The position numbers and the translations under genes were made by a program. Shown piece after piece: positions 12,174 to 24,194 of a DNA stretch of 64,000 nt. The notes below the pieces were generated by a model that ran no database searches, was not told the origin of the DNA, and worked only from the letters and a program-made list of their open reading frames with translations. The stretch spans positions 765,838 through 829,837 of the forward strand of contig NW_019091359.1 of the NCBI RefSeq assembly GCF_001949145.1, given 5' to 3'. Within the stretch, counting starts at the first letter, position 1, and each line of letters begins with the position of its first letter. Source of the DNA: Acanthaster planci (Eukaryota).

Positions 12174-12791
12174 AGGTACATAGTCCTTTCTGCAGTCATG
12201 TCTGATCCATTCTACTACAGACAATACCTGAACTAGGACCAGATTGCCCTTCTTTGTTTTGAAAGATGTAAGCCTAGGCCGATAGTCTTACAATGTCAGT
12301 CACGGACTAATTTGGTAAATTTAAGGACTCTACGAATCGCCATTTTGGACATCTGGACATGATCAGGCGACAGAGTCCCCGAGCACGTACATCTTTGTCT
12401 GTGTAAAAACCGAGCTTGCACGCACTCCGCCGACCAAAAACCATCCAAACTACTGAACAGATACATATGTATAAGATCAAACCACAGGCATGCAACTTGG
12501 ACTTTCACAAATAAACCAGGACATTTCCATCTTCACAGGACTTTGTACAGTGTTTTCCATTTTCAATGGCATGAGTGTGAAGTGAAAAACAAGGAATCCT
12601 GCATGCCTGAAACCGATGGCATTTTGTCCAACTTGTGAAATCTAGGACAAAAGAAATTCACTGCGTTCTTGGCAAAAGGACACTAAAGGACCTCAGAGGG
12701 GTAATGAACAATTTGATTGGGCCTACAGAAGGGCAAACCAGGAAGTGTTGCCACGCGCGCCTTTCTCCTTTCATCACAAGTTCTTGTTCAT

Positions 12792-13050
12792 GGGTAATTT
12801 CCAAAAATCAGGGGTCCAAAAGTGTGACATTTTGGTGTCCCTGTTACATATGACCTTTGTTATTTGACATGGAAATATCACGAGAATTGATTTCAAACTA
12901 CATGTATTAATATCTGTTTGGCAGGTAATTTGCATTAATTCATCACCCTTGGAAATAAGAAAATGTGTTTTGAACTTACAAAATCATACATGTATGTCAG
13001 ATGTAACAGGGACACGAAAAAAAATGGACCCCTAATTTCTGGAATTACCC
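12792..13050. mobile_element. MITE family B, copy 1
   Basis: TIR gggtaatt-cca-aaat / atttctggaattaccc; homologous to 48687-48930 and 58285-58529 in opposite orientation. Confidence 0.9.
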
Positions 13051-13203
13051 ACATTTATTCTATTCTTCCATTGCAATCAGAATGCAGAGCATGTCATACA
13101 GATGGCACATGTATTCCAGTCAAAGTGAAAAGTTCATGCCATGCCTTTTCAATCTGTTGGTAGCTCAAAATCAAAATCCCACTGTTTTTCTTGCCCATCA
13201 AAG

Positions 13204-13296
13204 GCCTCCGTTCATTCAGCCAACCAGTGGGAATCAGCCAGCTTTGGGGATAATGCACAAAAAGAGAAGTTTCTTCGGCTCATGGGTGGAATGAAG
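13204..13296 (+). CDS. C11orf58: SMAP exon 2 (ASVHSANQWESASFGDNAQKEKFLRLMGGMK)
   Basis: Conserved SMAP motif, AG/GT boundaries. Confidence 0.93.
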
Positions 13297-13487
13297 GTAA
13301 ATTTGTTTGTTCAAGGTACATCAATCAGCCAAACATAAAGCGGTGTTCCAAAAAGTTTCTTTCTTTGGTAATGAACCAGTTTCCTATCTTTTAGGTTTTT
13401 CCTAATTTCCAACATTTACTGGACATTTAACACCCACATGAAGGACTGTCTGGTTTCTGTTCTAATCTGAAGGACAACATCTACATG

Positions 13488-13912
13488 TATTGATGATGGA
13501 GTATTTCAGCCAGGCCTGCTGCCTTGCAAAAAGAGCCCTAATTTTTCAGTGTTATATAATTTTCTTTTGTTCACGAAACTGGCACAGTGCGCTGCCGACG
13601 TCTTTTCAATAGGGGCCAGCTGAGCGTGCAGCAGTACTGTGTTGCTCATTGCTGCAGTGGTGGAGCGCTTTTGTCCCTGGTGGTAATCCGTTTGCGCTGA
13701 TTGCCCCAAACCCTGGTATACGGTTTCAAAACAAGGATGGATTATCTCCCCTATTGACAATGAAAGAATGTTGGTAATTCCCAGCAGCCTGGTCTTTTGT
13801 TACAAGTACGGTCATTTGTCACAAGGCCCAGTTCCCTTTGTCCGATTTCAGAGACCCTGGCCATGCGTGCGAAGAATACGTGTCCGAAACCGGAATCCCT
13901 GGCGGCAAGGGG
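13488..13912 (+). mobile_element. piggyBac-type non-autonomous element, truncated copy
   Basis: Colinear with 28718-29285 and the reverse complement of 24994-25561; ends ccctggcggcaagggg followed by TTAA. Confidence 0.8.
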
Positions 13913-14010
13913 TTAAAAACAGATTGACATCAAAGTGACTTGAACTAAGAATATAAAAATTGGGTTCCTTAAAAGAGTCTTAATGACCAGTTTTCTGTTT
14001 GAATTGACAG

Positions 14011-14071
14011 AAGCAGCACACTGGACGTTTCGTGATAGGGGAGACAAACAAAGATGCCCACAGACGAACAG
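14011..14071 (+). CDS. C11orf58: SMAP exon 3 (KQHTGRFVIGETNKDAHRRT)
   Basis: Matches the SMAP KEHTGRLVIG motif; cag acceptor, gtgag donor. Confidence 0.92.
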
Positions 14072-14592
14072 GTGAGAAACAGAATAGTGACACTCAGCAG
14101 ACTGCAGCAACTTTGAGATGAGACAACCTAAAGTAGGTCGGGCTGGATTGACACATGAAGAGAGGTTTGGATTGCCTGCCCCCTGCTGACTTGGGGCACT
14201 CAGGCAGTCAGATTACAGAAAAGAAAGCTGTCATGGTGCATGGCAACCAGTGAAATCTCAGAAGCTGAAAACAACTTGCAGCCAATTTCTATACATTAGT
14301 AGAGCACAACTAGAAGGTATTTTATATACTGACATATTCCATAATTATCAAGGGACCCAGTAAATTTAAAAAGTATGACATTTGTGACCTCAACAAAGGA
14401 GAGTTACATCAACAAAGTGCAGAAATACAGAAGAATGAAGCTCAAAGAGAAACTCTGAAAATGTCTTCACAGGATTTGTACTAATCTTGGAAATATGTGC
14501 TCAGCAAATGCAAATTACTGACCAATGTCATTCATTTTTGACTAGTATCCGGCTATAGAATTGATTACTTTTTTTATGGCTGACATTTTCAG

Positions 14593-15221
14593 AAGAGGAA
14601 AACAAGAAGATGGAATCCAAGCTGGAACAACAGTATCAAGTGGGGCTGGAAAAGAAGCTGACAGGTCAGAATCGACGGCACGTTGGGCTGGGGTTTGTCG
14701 AACCTGAGGAGGAGAAAGAAGACAAGCCATCAGGGACACATATCCGGTTTGATGATGACGATGAGGTGTCGAAGAATTCCGAGACATCCAAAGGAAGCCC
14801 AAAGGAGGGAGGAGAAGATGCGGGAGACCAGAGAAGAGGCGACAAGGACCTTCACGGCAAAAAGGAAAGACGGGATGAGAGGCAGAAACGAGATGAGAAG
14901 AGGAGAGAGGGTGATGCAGAGAGGCGACGCTCAGAGGAACAGGTGGCAGAGAGAGGCTTCAACAGGGAGGGACAGCGGAGCGAGGCGCGAGACGGAAGAG
15001 CAAGCAGTCGAGACGAAGACAGAAGACACGGAGACCATGGCGACAGAGACAACCGAGAGAGGAAGGAGGACCGTAGCAGAAGAGACAGCCAGGCACAAAA
15101 GGAGGGACAGTCTGGCAGAAATGGTGACAAACACAGGCGCAGTGAGGAGGCGGCGGGAGAGACAACTGAACAAAAGAGGAAGAAGCACAAGACATGGGAG
15201 GAAGACAGTGGCTCCGAGTAG
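14593..15221 (+). CDS. C11orf58: SMAP exon 4 (end of SMAP domain plus long mixed-charge tail)
   Basis: ttttcag acceptor; EENKKMESKLEQQY...RRHVGLGF; open to TAG at 15221. Confidence 0.93.
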
Positions 15222-16787
15222 ACTGGCTTTGACCCAAACGGTTGCTTCCCAAAGACCACTACTGCACCGTCAATGAGCCATAACCCTCTGCAATATCTAC
15301 AAAATGTCACGCCTCCAGATTCTGAGGTACCCTGAGCCTAGGCAACACCCTACTTGACTTACATGTTCATGGAAGTTTGGATGAAGTACATGACAGCTAT
15401 CGAGAGCCAAAAGTTGTATAAGAAAAAGGTATCTTGGTGATATGCTTGGTAGCACTTTCAAATCATTACTATAGAGCTGCTTACAAAATCTGCGTCTTTC
15501 ACACAGTGCAAGCAAGCGAGCAAAGCTCCATTCTCCTGAGCCAAATTCTGCAATTATATTCACTTGTCTTTACATATAATTGCTATTCCTCTAGCGCTTG
15601 TTAACTTAGTAAACAAGTAATAAATCACATTTGTACTTTGCTGTCAAATGTAATTGTTGAGCTGCCTGAAACTCCAACACATGCTCGGTTAAACTTTAAC
15701 TGGAGACATGAATGGCGTACCTGGATGTCAAATATGAATCAGCATAGTTTCCATTTCAAAAATTCAGCCCTCTCATGCCATGAGCCAGCACTGAAAGGGG
15801 CTTAGTTTGTCAACCTCATATCAGGTGGTGACTTCAAGAAGGTTTCCCCCCTCTGCCTAGGAGCACGGGCGCTGTCCATGTTTATTCAGGTGGCTTGCCA
15901 GTATCAGTGCTTGCCAACAAAATGCATGACCTACAACATGGTGACATTTTCTTGCAGAGTGTAACTGCCCTTGGTAATAAGGTAGCAACGGTGAGTTCAA
16001 CCTTTTGGTTTTGTAAACAAACAAAAAGATGACTCACTTTGGGACGGGCAGTTAGCCAAAATGATTCCACACTGCGATAAATAAAAAAGCTGGCTTATTA
16101 GAGTGAAATTAGAGCTTGCCTTAAATCAGCAGTTAAGAATGTTTTTTTAAGTTTCATGTGGTGAAGTAGACTTTAGGAGTTTAAAGTAATTAGAACCTCC
16201 AGGCTGTAACAATAAGCAGCACACAAGTCGAACCAAAGACAGTCAAGTTGTTCATCACCAGCGTTTCTCAGAACTCCCTTGCCTTTTGACAATTCACAAA
16301 AGTTGTACATTTGGCAGAACTGCAGACTTTCCACAGTTAACCGAAGCATTTGTTTATAACCATGTCACTTCATCTGCATTTGTCATATTTCTTGGAATAA
16401 TAAAGATTTTCTGCACACACACCTGAGTTACAAAAGGACTTGGGTCTGTAGTGGTCTGGTTGAAAGTCAATATATACGTTTGGGACTTTTCATTTCACTG
16501 ATCATGCAGTGGGACATCTGAGAAGCAAAAGCTTGTCAAACTTAACTTAGTGTTGTATATACATTTACTTCCTATTCAAGGCAAAGGTAAACCCATAACA
16601 CTTTCCCCAAAACCAGAAAATAGAGAAACAAAACCGCTCCTAGCCTCCCAAGCAACAAATATTGAAGTTCTTGACTTCAGAATGTATATACATGTTCACA
16701 CGAAGGGTTGGGGTTACATAAAGTCGACATAGTTCATGTTACATAAAGTCGGCAGGGTTGGGGCCCAACATGAACTCTGCCAACTTT

Positions 16788-17204
16788 NNNNNNNNNNNNN
16801 NNNNNNNNNNNNNNNNNNNNNNNNNNNNNNNNNNNNNNNNNNNNNNNNNNNNNNNNNNNNNNNNNNNNNNNNNNNNNNNNNNNNNNNNNNNNNNNNNNNN
16901 NNNNNNNNNNNNNNNNNNNNNNNNNNNNNNNNNNNNNNNNNNNNNNNNNNNNNNNNNNNNNNNNNNNNNNNNNNNNNNNNNNNNNNNNNNNNNNNNNNNN
17001 NNNNNNNNNNNNNNNNNNNNNNNNNNNNNNNNNNNNNNNNNNNNNNNNNNNNNNNNNNNNNNNNNNNNNNNNNNNNNNNNNNNNNNNNNNNNNNNNNNNN
17101 NNNNNNNNNNNNNNNNNNNNNNNNNNNNNNNNNNNNNNNNNNNNNNNNNNNNNNNNNNNNNNNNNNNNNNNNNNNNNNNNNNNNNNNNNNNNNNNNNNNN
17201 NNNN
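16788..17204. other. Assembly gap (N run)
   Basis: 417 N; flanks carry short repeated motifs (gttacataaagtcg x2, agggttgggg x2). Confidence 1.
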
Positions 17205-17582
17205 GTGTAGCATCAACCCTGCAGATTTATGGAACAATGAACCTGCAAGTTTCAATGGAGGGGGGGAGTTAAACTCACTTGGATGATTCAGAGACTTGAA
17301 GCTGAGGTCTTGGCACCAAGATTACCATGACTACCGACGTTGTGCTTGCATCTGCTAAATGAAACAAGGCTGCTTTCGCTTTGACCTGCAGTTAATGGTC
17401 AGCTATAGAATTCTATTTCACGAAGAGCTATAAGAGCACTATGGTAAAGAAAAAAAGTTGGTTTACACCACAAAACAACAACAAAAAACCATATAACGCA
17501 GCTTGTCTGTTCTTTGAAAGCCCCTCAGACAGGAATGGGGATCCTGCAAACATTTGGTTAGCAGGATGAGTTGGGTTGGCGT

Positions 17583-17860
17583 GGGGGGGTCCGGTTGGCG
17601 AGATGGTTCTTTCCTCGCCTTCCACCTCGGCGGTCCGGGTTCGATTCCCGACTCAGTCATATGTGGATTGGGTTTTCAGTCCCTACCTGATTTCGTGGTT
17701 TTACCTAGAATATTCCTCTGGGGTTTTCCTCCCACCTCTAAAACTGAGACTACTTCTCATTGTGACCTCATTACAGGTTTCTTCAGCCTTGCGGACTACA
17801 GTGCCTAGGGCACTTTTTAGGAATCCTTGGTGTCATTACCAGAAATGATTAATAATAATA
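17583..17860 (+). mobile_element. tRNA-derived SINE
   Basis: A box tggcgagatgg, B box ggttcgattcc (17638), ggttttcctccc body, (taa)n tail. Confidence 0.85.
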
Positions 17861-18859
17861 TCAGTGTCCGTGGTGTTTCATTGTGCCTCAACAAATACAA
17901 GACAAAGAGAAATCAGATGGGTTTGGTCTTAGCAGTGGCAATGCATTCTCCTACAAGTGTTCATGTTATAGTGAATCCTGGTATCTCGAGATTGGTAACC
18001 GGGACTTGGAATATCACCTTGCTTTGGCAGTTCAGAAGTTTTGTTACAACATCAGCAGTGCTTCTGTACATTCCGCCTTGCACTCTGAAAGCTTTAGATC
18101 ATGGTTCCATGGTATTTAGGGCAAAAGGGTGACTTCTTGGGAACCACATTTTCAACGTTAGGGCCAGCTTGCTGAAATATCATTCAGCAGTCTTTCTTTG
18201 CAGTCAAGTTGTTTTCCTGTTTGCCGGGATAGAGTTCATTTGAACAATAGCGTGGGTCCAAGTTCCATGTGTACATGACTAAATCCATGGATCAGGATAG
18301 GAAACGACCCACAATGTTTTGAGTGTCCATAGCTGTGCCGTATTTACTTCACACAAAAATCTGTGAAATGCATTTGCCCTTCTTGGCACCCTGTAAGGGC
18401 ACTGAGGAACAACTGAAGGCAAGTCCAAGCTTTACTTCTCAGATTGGTCAAAAGAGGGCGCTGTTACAACAACACAGCACATGGAACTACTCTTGGACGG
18501 AGCCAGCTACATGTATGTCACTGAAATGCTGGTATTTGCAGTCAGTCTGGCTGTTCATATCTGACTAAATTACATATTGAATTAAAAAACCTCACAACTC
18601 GGTTTTTGGTTAACGCACCGGTAGAATACTTGTACATGTATTGCAAACTTACAGGAAATAACTCTGTAATGAAGGTTTACTTGAGTATGCTAAAAATGAA
18701 AGATTAGAATTGAAAAAAAGAATGAACTGAATGGATTCCATGCTCTTCCACATTCTTCGAGAGTTCTCCAAGACAACTAATTGCGGTCTCGGACAGAAGA
18801 ACTTCTATTGTACTCAAGACATACTAAACTCCTTTTCTATTTGATTTCTGTTCATCTAA

Positions 18860-19077
18860 CAGTGCATTCAGCACCAATAACGGGATGATTATGAGTGACA
18901 ATGAAGACAATAGTTTCAGAGGAAGTAAGGAAAACAAACAAACAAACATTTGAGGGAAAACCAGTGGAATCTGACGGGCACTGAGAACCAAGTCCTCATG
19001 CCGACCTAGCTGGGATCTAAACCCAGGCCACAGAGGTGGAAGGCAAGGAAAGAACCACAACGCCAACCTGATTCCCC
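18860..19077 (-). mobile_element. tRNA-derived SINE, diverged relative of 17583-17860
   Basis: Minus strand reads ggttggcgttgtggttctttccttgccttccacctc...gggtttagatccc, homologous to the 17583 head. Confidence 0.75.
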
Positions 19078-19261
19078 AAATACATGTATAGCTGTATTAG
19101 GATGAAAAACAAAATTCTGCGCTTGTGGGATAAGGACAGAATGTGAGGTTTCTGATCTGTCAAGGAGAATAAACTGACATTGTGGAGGTCAACCTATAAT
19201 CCAATTTACTAAAAATAGCCAGTGCCTCAATATATGTGGATCATTTCAATGATTTCAAAAT

Positions 19262-20127
19262 AATAAGAATAACAACAAGCATTTGTAAAGCGCCCTCTAT
19301 CTAGCAAACTATTCTGAGGCACTGTATTATCATTATCCCTGCACAATGGGCTCACACATCATCTGAACATTCCTGAAACCATCTCAGATCACTGGGGAGT
19401 ATACTAGCCTGATGCGGCCATTTTGGCGCAAACAACTAAACAACCGTGTCTGCCCTCACAGGTACGCATTTCACTCCTGGGTGGAGAGAGGCACATAGAT
19501 AGGGTTAAAGCAGGGATGTGCAACTTAAGCTCAGAGCTGGTTCAGTGCGTGTTACGGCCGACACAATATCACAGCAGAAATTAAGTTGGATTATGTAACA
19601 CTTTCTCTAAGAATAAAACATATATTCCTGTCTACAACTTTGTTTTCTTGTAATATTTTGAGTCAGGGTACACCCTTTCTAAAAATATGCTGCTCAAGAT
19701 ATTTCATCCTGTACATTCTGAGAAAAGTGTACCACAAAATTGGGGAATTTTGCCTCTCCTTGAAATCGATAAATGAAGAAGATTTATTCGTCAAAACGGA
19801 CAGATTTAAGCACCGCGTCGGCGCGTCGTCTCGGCATAACCACAGCTGCACTGTACATGCTGCATGCTGCAACGCGTGTCATGTGGTTGTGAGTTTTTTC
19901 GAGAAAGTCGAGAGCACCTGCGGGGGTAATAACAATCCGTAACACGCATGGAACCAAGGTCGCACATGTGTTTACACTGGGGCCGCTCGAGGTTACTTAT
20001 TCCTGGGTAAATGGTTCGTGGGTAAAGTGACTTGCCCAAGAGCACAGCATGTTGCCACCAGCTGGATTCGAACCCCCGATCCTATGATCAGAAGCTACAA
20101 ACCCTAACCATTAGGCCACATGCCTCC
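19262..20127 (-). mobile_element. tRNA-derived SINE (second family) interrupted by a ~500-bp insertion
   Basis: Minus strand A box tggcctaatgg, B box ggttcgaatcc, cttgggcaag-cactt, central ctctctccacccaggagtgaaatg-gtacc, (ttg/tta)n tail; unrelated sequence 19509-~20008 begins after TTAA. Confidence 0.85.
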
Positions 20128-21372
20128 TGGGCTGAAACACTCTGAAACAATTTGGGCATTAAACTAAGTGAGAATGCATGCTAGCACACACATCTCGTCA
20201 AGTTAATTTGATCACAAGGAAGGACGAGTTTACGTCTATTTTTTTTAATGACAAACTCAAAGTAAAATGATTGTATATAAGAATACTCCAAGCCACTGAC
20301 AAGCTATTCTCTCTGCATTTAAATTTTTTATTTCTATAATGAAATGTTCAATTAAAAATGTATTTGTAAACCACCTTTTGTGCTCAATATTCACTCTAAT
20401 TTGCCATTTTTATAATTGCAAACACATTCGCTTTTAAAAATTACTAACACTGTATTGTGGTATCTTCCATTTGATCTGTAGTATACAGTCCAACAATTCA
20501 TCATCTATGTGATGTGGAGGGTTTCCTTTTTTATCCATAATTTGAATCTGAACAGGCCACCCAGTGTTGAGTTATTAAACCGTCTTTTAAAAGCAGCGAT
20601 ACTCTTGTTGATTTCCCCTGTTGATATCACAGGTTTAAGGCCGCCTCTCTCTCTTTTTAGCAATTTTTCGGAATATGCGAGACCGATGGGCAAGAGTCTA
20701 ACATCAACTCGTCCAATCGCTAGGAGTTATAAGCGAGATGTAGGTTGTGCGTTTTGTCCGTGACGTCAGTCCAACGTAAGCTGAATCTTACCGCTTGCAT
20801 GATAATACTCAACAATGACTGCAACGCCTAATGAGGATCCAAGAGTATCATCCCTTGCAGATAATTGAGACTCCATGAGTTGCAGTGGATGTGTCCGTGA
20901 TGGGGGGGGGGGCAACGGGCCAATCATCACTTGTCCTATGAGGCCAGGGCGGTGCAACAGAATTGCCTCGAGGCGGTCGTCTGAGCAATTTGTATATATC
21001 TCTAGAAGATCCTTCCACTGTCTTCAAGGTATCGGAGGATTCCCACGGGTTTGGGGGAGAAATGGAAGTGGGACGGAGGTAGTCCATTTTTTGTTAACCC
21101 ACATTGCCAGTGTTCGGTTGCGATGTGGATGAAAACACGAACCCAGGATTTACATGAACGCAGTTCAATGCAACAAGGTGGCCCTCATCCACCCGGTCCA
21201 CAGAGGGCACTCTTTAGACGCAACGCAATCCAACCAGCTTTTACTCAAATGGACAACGACTCCTATGAAAAGAAATGAAAGTAGATACCTGATGCATTGG
21301 CTGGCTCCCTGGCACCTGGTTCTGATGAGCATGCCTAATTGCATTGAGTGATCTACAGATCTTCTGGGTCGT

Positions 21373-21470
21373 TCACATGTCATCCATTGCATCGTCAGCA
21401 GGGTCCCTCAGCTGCAAGAACGGCAGAGCCTTCATGTGGAACTCTGGGCACTCCACACCGAATGTTTCCA
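21373..21470 (-). CDS. FBXO3: FBXO3 exon 10 (ETFGVECPEFHMKALPF...DDM*)
   Basis: End of ApaG domain F-V-P-FHM; ccag acceptor; TGA. Confidence 0.88.
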
Positions 21471-22247
21471 CTGGTTATTAAGAATATATCACCAGATTAG
21501 ACTTCAACATTCTTAAGCAAAGATATCTTTACAAACAATTTAAGGAATATTTGTGTGGTATTCAAAGGTTCCAGAAGCTAATAAGATATTGATTTAAAGC
21601 AAAGCCTCAGAATTATAAGGTCCTAGAACCAAAACAAAAACTTGCTGCTGGCAAATCAAGATGCTGGCATCTAACGTAGGGTATCAAAAGGTTCCAGAAC
21701 CCAGACCCCTAAGAATATTTATGAGAAAATCTTGTGATATAACACTTTAATAAAACAGCAAGTCTTAAATAAACTAATTGTTATAACAGAAAAAATCTTA
21801 CCTTCAAGTATTTTTTTCAAGGTCTTTTTTTTGGCCATGACCCACAAAATAAAAGCAATTACTGACTGAGTTCTAAGTCCAAATCATATCCATATTCTAA
21901 CTTCTAACCTTACTGCACTTTGCATTCAAGAAATGGTGACTTTGTACAATAGCACGGCAAATTTCTTTCACAATGTTGCAAATTTCTCTCAAGACAAACT
22001 CCTCTGCATGTCTTCTGATGTCCCAAATTTCATGTTATAACAACAATGTAGATATCTTGTGCAAACTTGGGACTATACTTTCCAGCACTGCAATCTGCAT
22101 ATATGACGTCTTAAACCCCAAACAAATGATTCTGCAAATATTGTGATGGAAACTTGCAAATGATATGTCCTGTCAGGGCTGCCGTAACTTTAAATCTCAT
22201 CTGGACATCCTCGGGAATCGTTTTCTTTCAAGGAATAGGCTACTTAC

Positions 22248-22361
22248 TGGTTCGTAGGTTGACCATCCCAAAATGTCCCCTCATGAAGCCTTCCGAAGTG
22301 ACAAAGGAGGTGCAGCTTGACCACGAATGGGATGTCCCCGGTTGGATAATGGGGAAATCAC
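22248..22361 (-). CDS. FBXO3: FBXO3 exon 9 (DFPIIQPGTSHSWSSCTSFVTSEGFMRGHF)
   Basis: ApaG motif; ccag acceptor, gtaagt donor. Confidence 0.95.
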
Positions 22362-22521
22362 CTGGGTAGGGGAGTGGGCAGTGCGGTGGGAGGATATTAC
22401 AAAGCAAACTCAGTAGTGACTGGTAACGTTGCTGTGCAGGCTAAATCACTGCTGGATACCAGTGAGTTGCAATAGTTTTAGCATTCAGTGGGTTGGATCA
22501 TTCAAATCTGATCACGCTTAC

Positions 22522-22605
22522 CGACCACGCCAGCTCCATCCACGGTTTCCACCTTGCCGTTGCTGTCTGCTATGACCCAGTGCCTGGTGCGAAGTTGACA
22601 GGACT
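22522..22605 (-). CDS. FBXO3: FBXO3 exon 8 (SCQLRTRHWVIADSNGKVETVDGAGVVG)
   Basis: ApaG signature QL..RHW.I...G.GVVG; tttcag acceptor, gtaagc donor. Confidence 0.95.
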
Positions 22606-22849
22606 CTGAAATTGAGATCGCAAACTATAACTTGTCATGCATGCCTGATGCATACAGTGACACTGATTGAAAATGTGCAAAGCAACTAAATGGTCTGGTG
22701 CCCGTGGGGGTCCTATCACAACACCCATGATAAAGAATGCAGCACAGGTCCCGTCACAGAACCCATCTTTGGCCCATCTCAGGGCCATCTCATGACCTGT
22801 AGCAGGACCCACTACCAGCCCTCATGTACAACCCACAAGAAGACTCACC

Positions 22850-23070
22850 GCAGGCCCTATTGCAGGATCCACCTCAGGCTCTACAGTTGGACCTATCATA
22901 GGGCGTACCACAGGTCCCAATGCAGGCCCTATTGCAGGATCCACCTCAGGCTCTACAGTTGGACCTATCATAGGGCGTACCACAGGTCCCAATGCAGGCC
23001 CTATTGCAGGATCCACCTCAGGCTCTACAGTTGGACCTATCATAGGGCGTACCACAGGTCCCAATGCAGG
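22850..23070. repeat. 72-bp tandem repeat, 3 identical copies, inside a degenerate 12-bp minisatellite (~22740-23150)
   Basis: gcaggccctattgcaggatccacc...cacaggtcccaat at 22850, 22922, 22994. Confidence 0.95.
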
Positions 23071-23181
23071 ACCTACCAGGGGACCTTCCTCAGGTCCTTT
23101 TATAGGGTCCAACACAAGGCCCACTATGGAATCCACAATATAACTACGAGTCACACCCCATTATTATATACATGTACATAC

Positions 23182-23342
23182 TGTCCCTGGGGCTGTTCTC
23201 GTCCATCGCCATGGTGATGTAATATGCAAACATCTTCCTCCCTGGCCTCAGTGGGTTCCCGCTCATCTCAGAGATAAAGGCTGTTGCCACAGAAACCTTG
23301 ACATGTTCTGTCACTGCTACACAAGATGGTTCATGGTAGAAC
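23182..23342 (-). CDS. FBXO3: FBXO3 exon 7 (FYHEPSCVAVTEHVKVSVATAFISEMS...FAYYITMAMD)
   Basis: Start of ApaG domain; tag acceptor, gtatgt donor. Confidence 0.93.
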
Positions 23343-24069
23343 CTACGTAATTTTGGAAAACGTGATCTCTGTCAGTTTTGCCTCTTGAATAATTCTACCG
23401 TTCTTCATCTTGGCCAAGACTATCCATACAAATGTCCCAGGACACATCAAAATATTTAGCTTCTTTCAAGAGGTCTCAAGTCCTCAAAAGCTGGGCATCA
23501 TGAGGGATTTTTCACCTCAAAAAGTGCTACAGACTTTAATTTTCCATCACATGAGATTATTCACCAAAGAATAAAGTTTGATATGAGATTTGTTCTCCAA
23601 CAACCAACGCCTTAAATACTGCTGTAAATATGCTCAGTGCCTGCAGAGAGCTACAGACAGAAATGATGAGTTTACATTGATGGGAATCAACCCACGATCT
23701 CCTGATCACTGGCACCAACATTCCAGCAGCTTGGGTTTAATGGATTAACTTCAATGGATGGAATGATTAATCTGATACTTTGGCACAAAAGCTAATGTGA
23801 GCAACACCGAGACTAGTTCTCTGCACTGCAGTACGCAATGGTAGGAATAATTTTATGATGGAATGCAACATTCAATTTTGTCACCATAACGTATCATAAC
23901 ACGGTACAGCAGGGGCTGGACTTGAAATGCTTTCTGCTGATGTTAGGCCACGTGACAGCTACAGGGGTGTGTGTTGCAGAAGTGTTGCCGATCAGCTTGC
24001 TCAAGAGTGTCAGATGAGAAAACAAGACTTGGGGTAGGGGTTGACAAGCAGGTCACACGATGCACCCAC

Positions 24070-24194
24070 CTGGACAAAGACGACTGGTGAAATATGGTCC
24101 CAGGGTCCAACAGTTTGTTGGCAAGCTGTGTTAGCCAGTCCGTGAAGCTTTCTGCTAACAGGAAGAAGCCTTCGTGAGGTAAGGCAAAAGTAGA
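24070..24194 (-). CDS. FBXO3: FBXO3 exon 6 (STFALPHEGFFLLAESFTDWLTQLANKLL...)
   Basis: A.SFTDW motif closing the SMI1/KNR4-like region; strong pyrimidine tract; gtgggt donor. Confidence 0.92.

Larger units (their letters stand above)
11059..15221 (+). other. C11orf58: Gene model: small acidic protein (SMAP/C11orf58 ortholog), 4 coding exons, 276 aa
   Basis: join(11059-11106,13204-13296,14011-14071,14593-15221) = 831 nt, all GT-AG, phases 0,0,1; SMAP-domain motifs SANQWE...KFLRLMG...HTGRFVIG...LEQQY...RRHVGLGF; AATAAA at 15619. Confidence 0.9.

Noticed and set aside
14683..15310. Overlapping alternative-frame and antisense ORFs over SMAP exon 4
   Set aside because: Shadow ORFs of purine-rich low-complexity coding sequence
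15890..16070. Exon-like segments on both strands downstream of SMAP
   Set aside because: Splice-like signals but no recognisable protein and no partner exons
16734..17272. Long ORFs of 150-178 aa
   Set aside because: Artefacts of translating the N gap
17583..17660. tRNA gene
   Set aside because: A and B boxes present but no clean cloverleaf; continues into a SINE body and tail, with a related copy nearby
20030..20127. tRNA gene on the minus strand
   Set aside because: Head of a SINE; acceptor stem not intact
22690..23217. 175-aa repetitive His/Arg/Tyr ORF and 110-aa antisense ORF
   Set aside because: Produced by the 72-bp intronic tandem repeat; no gene structure
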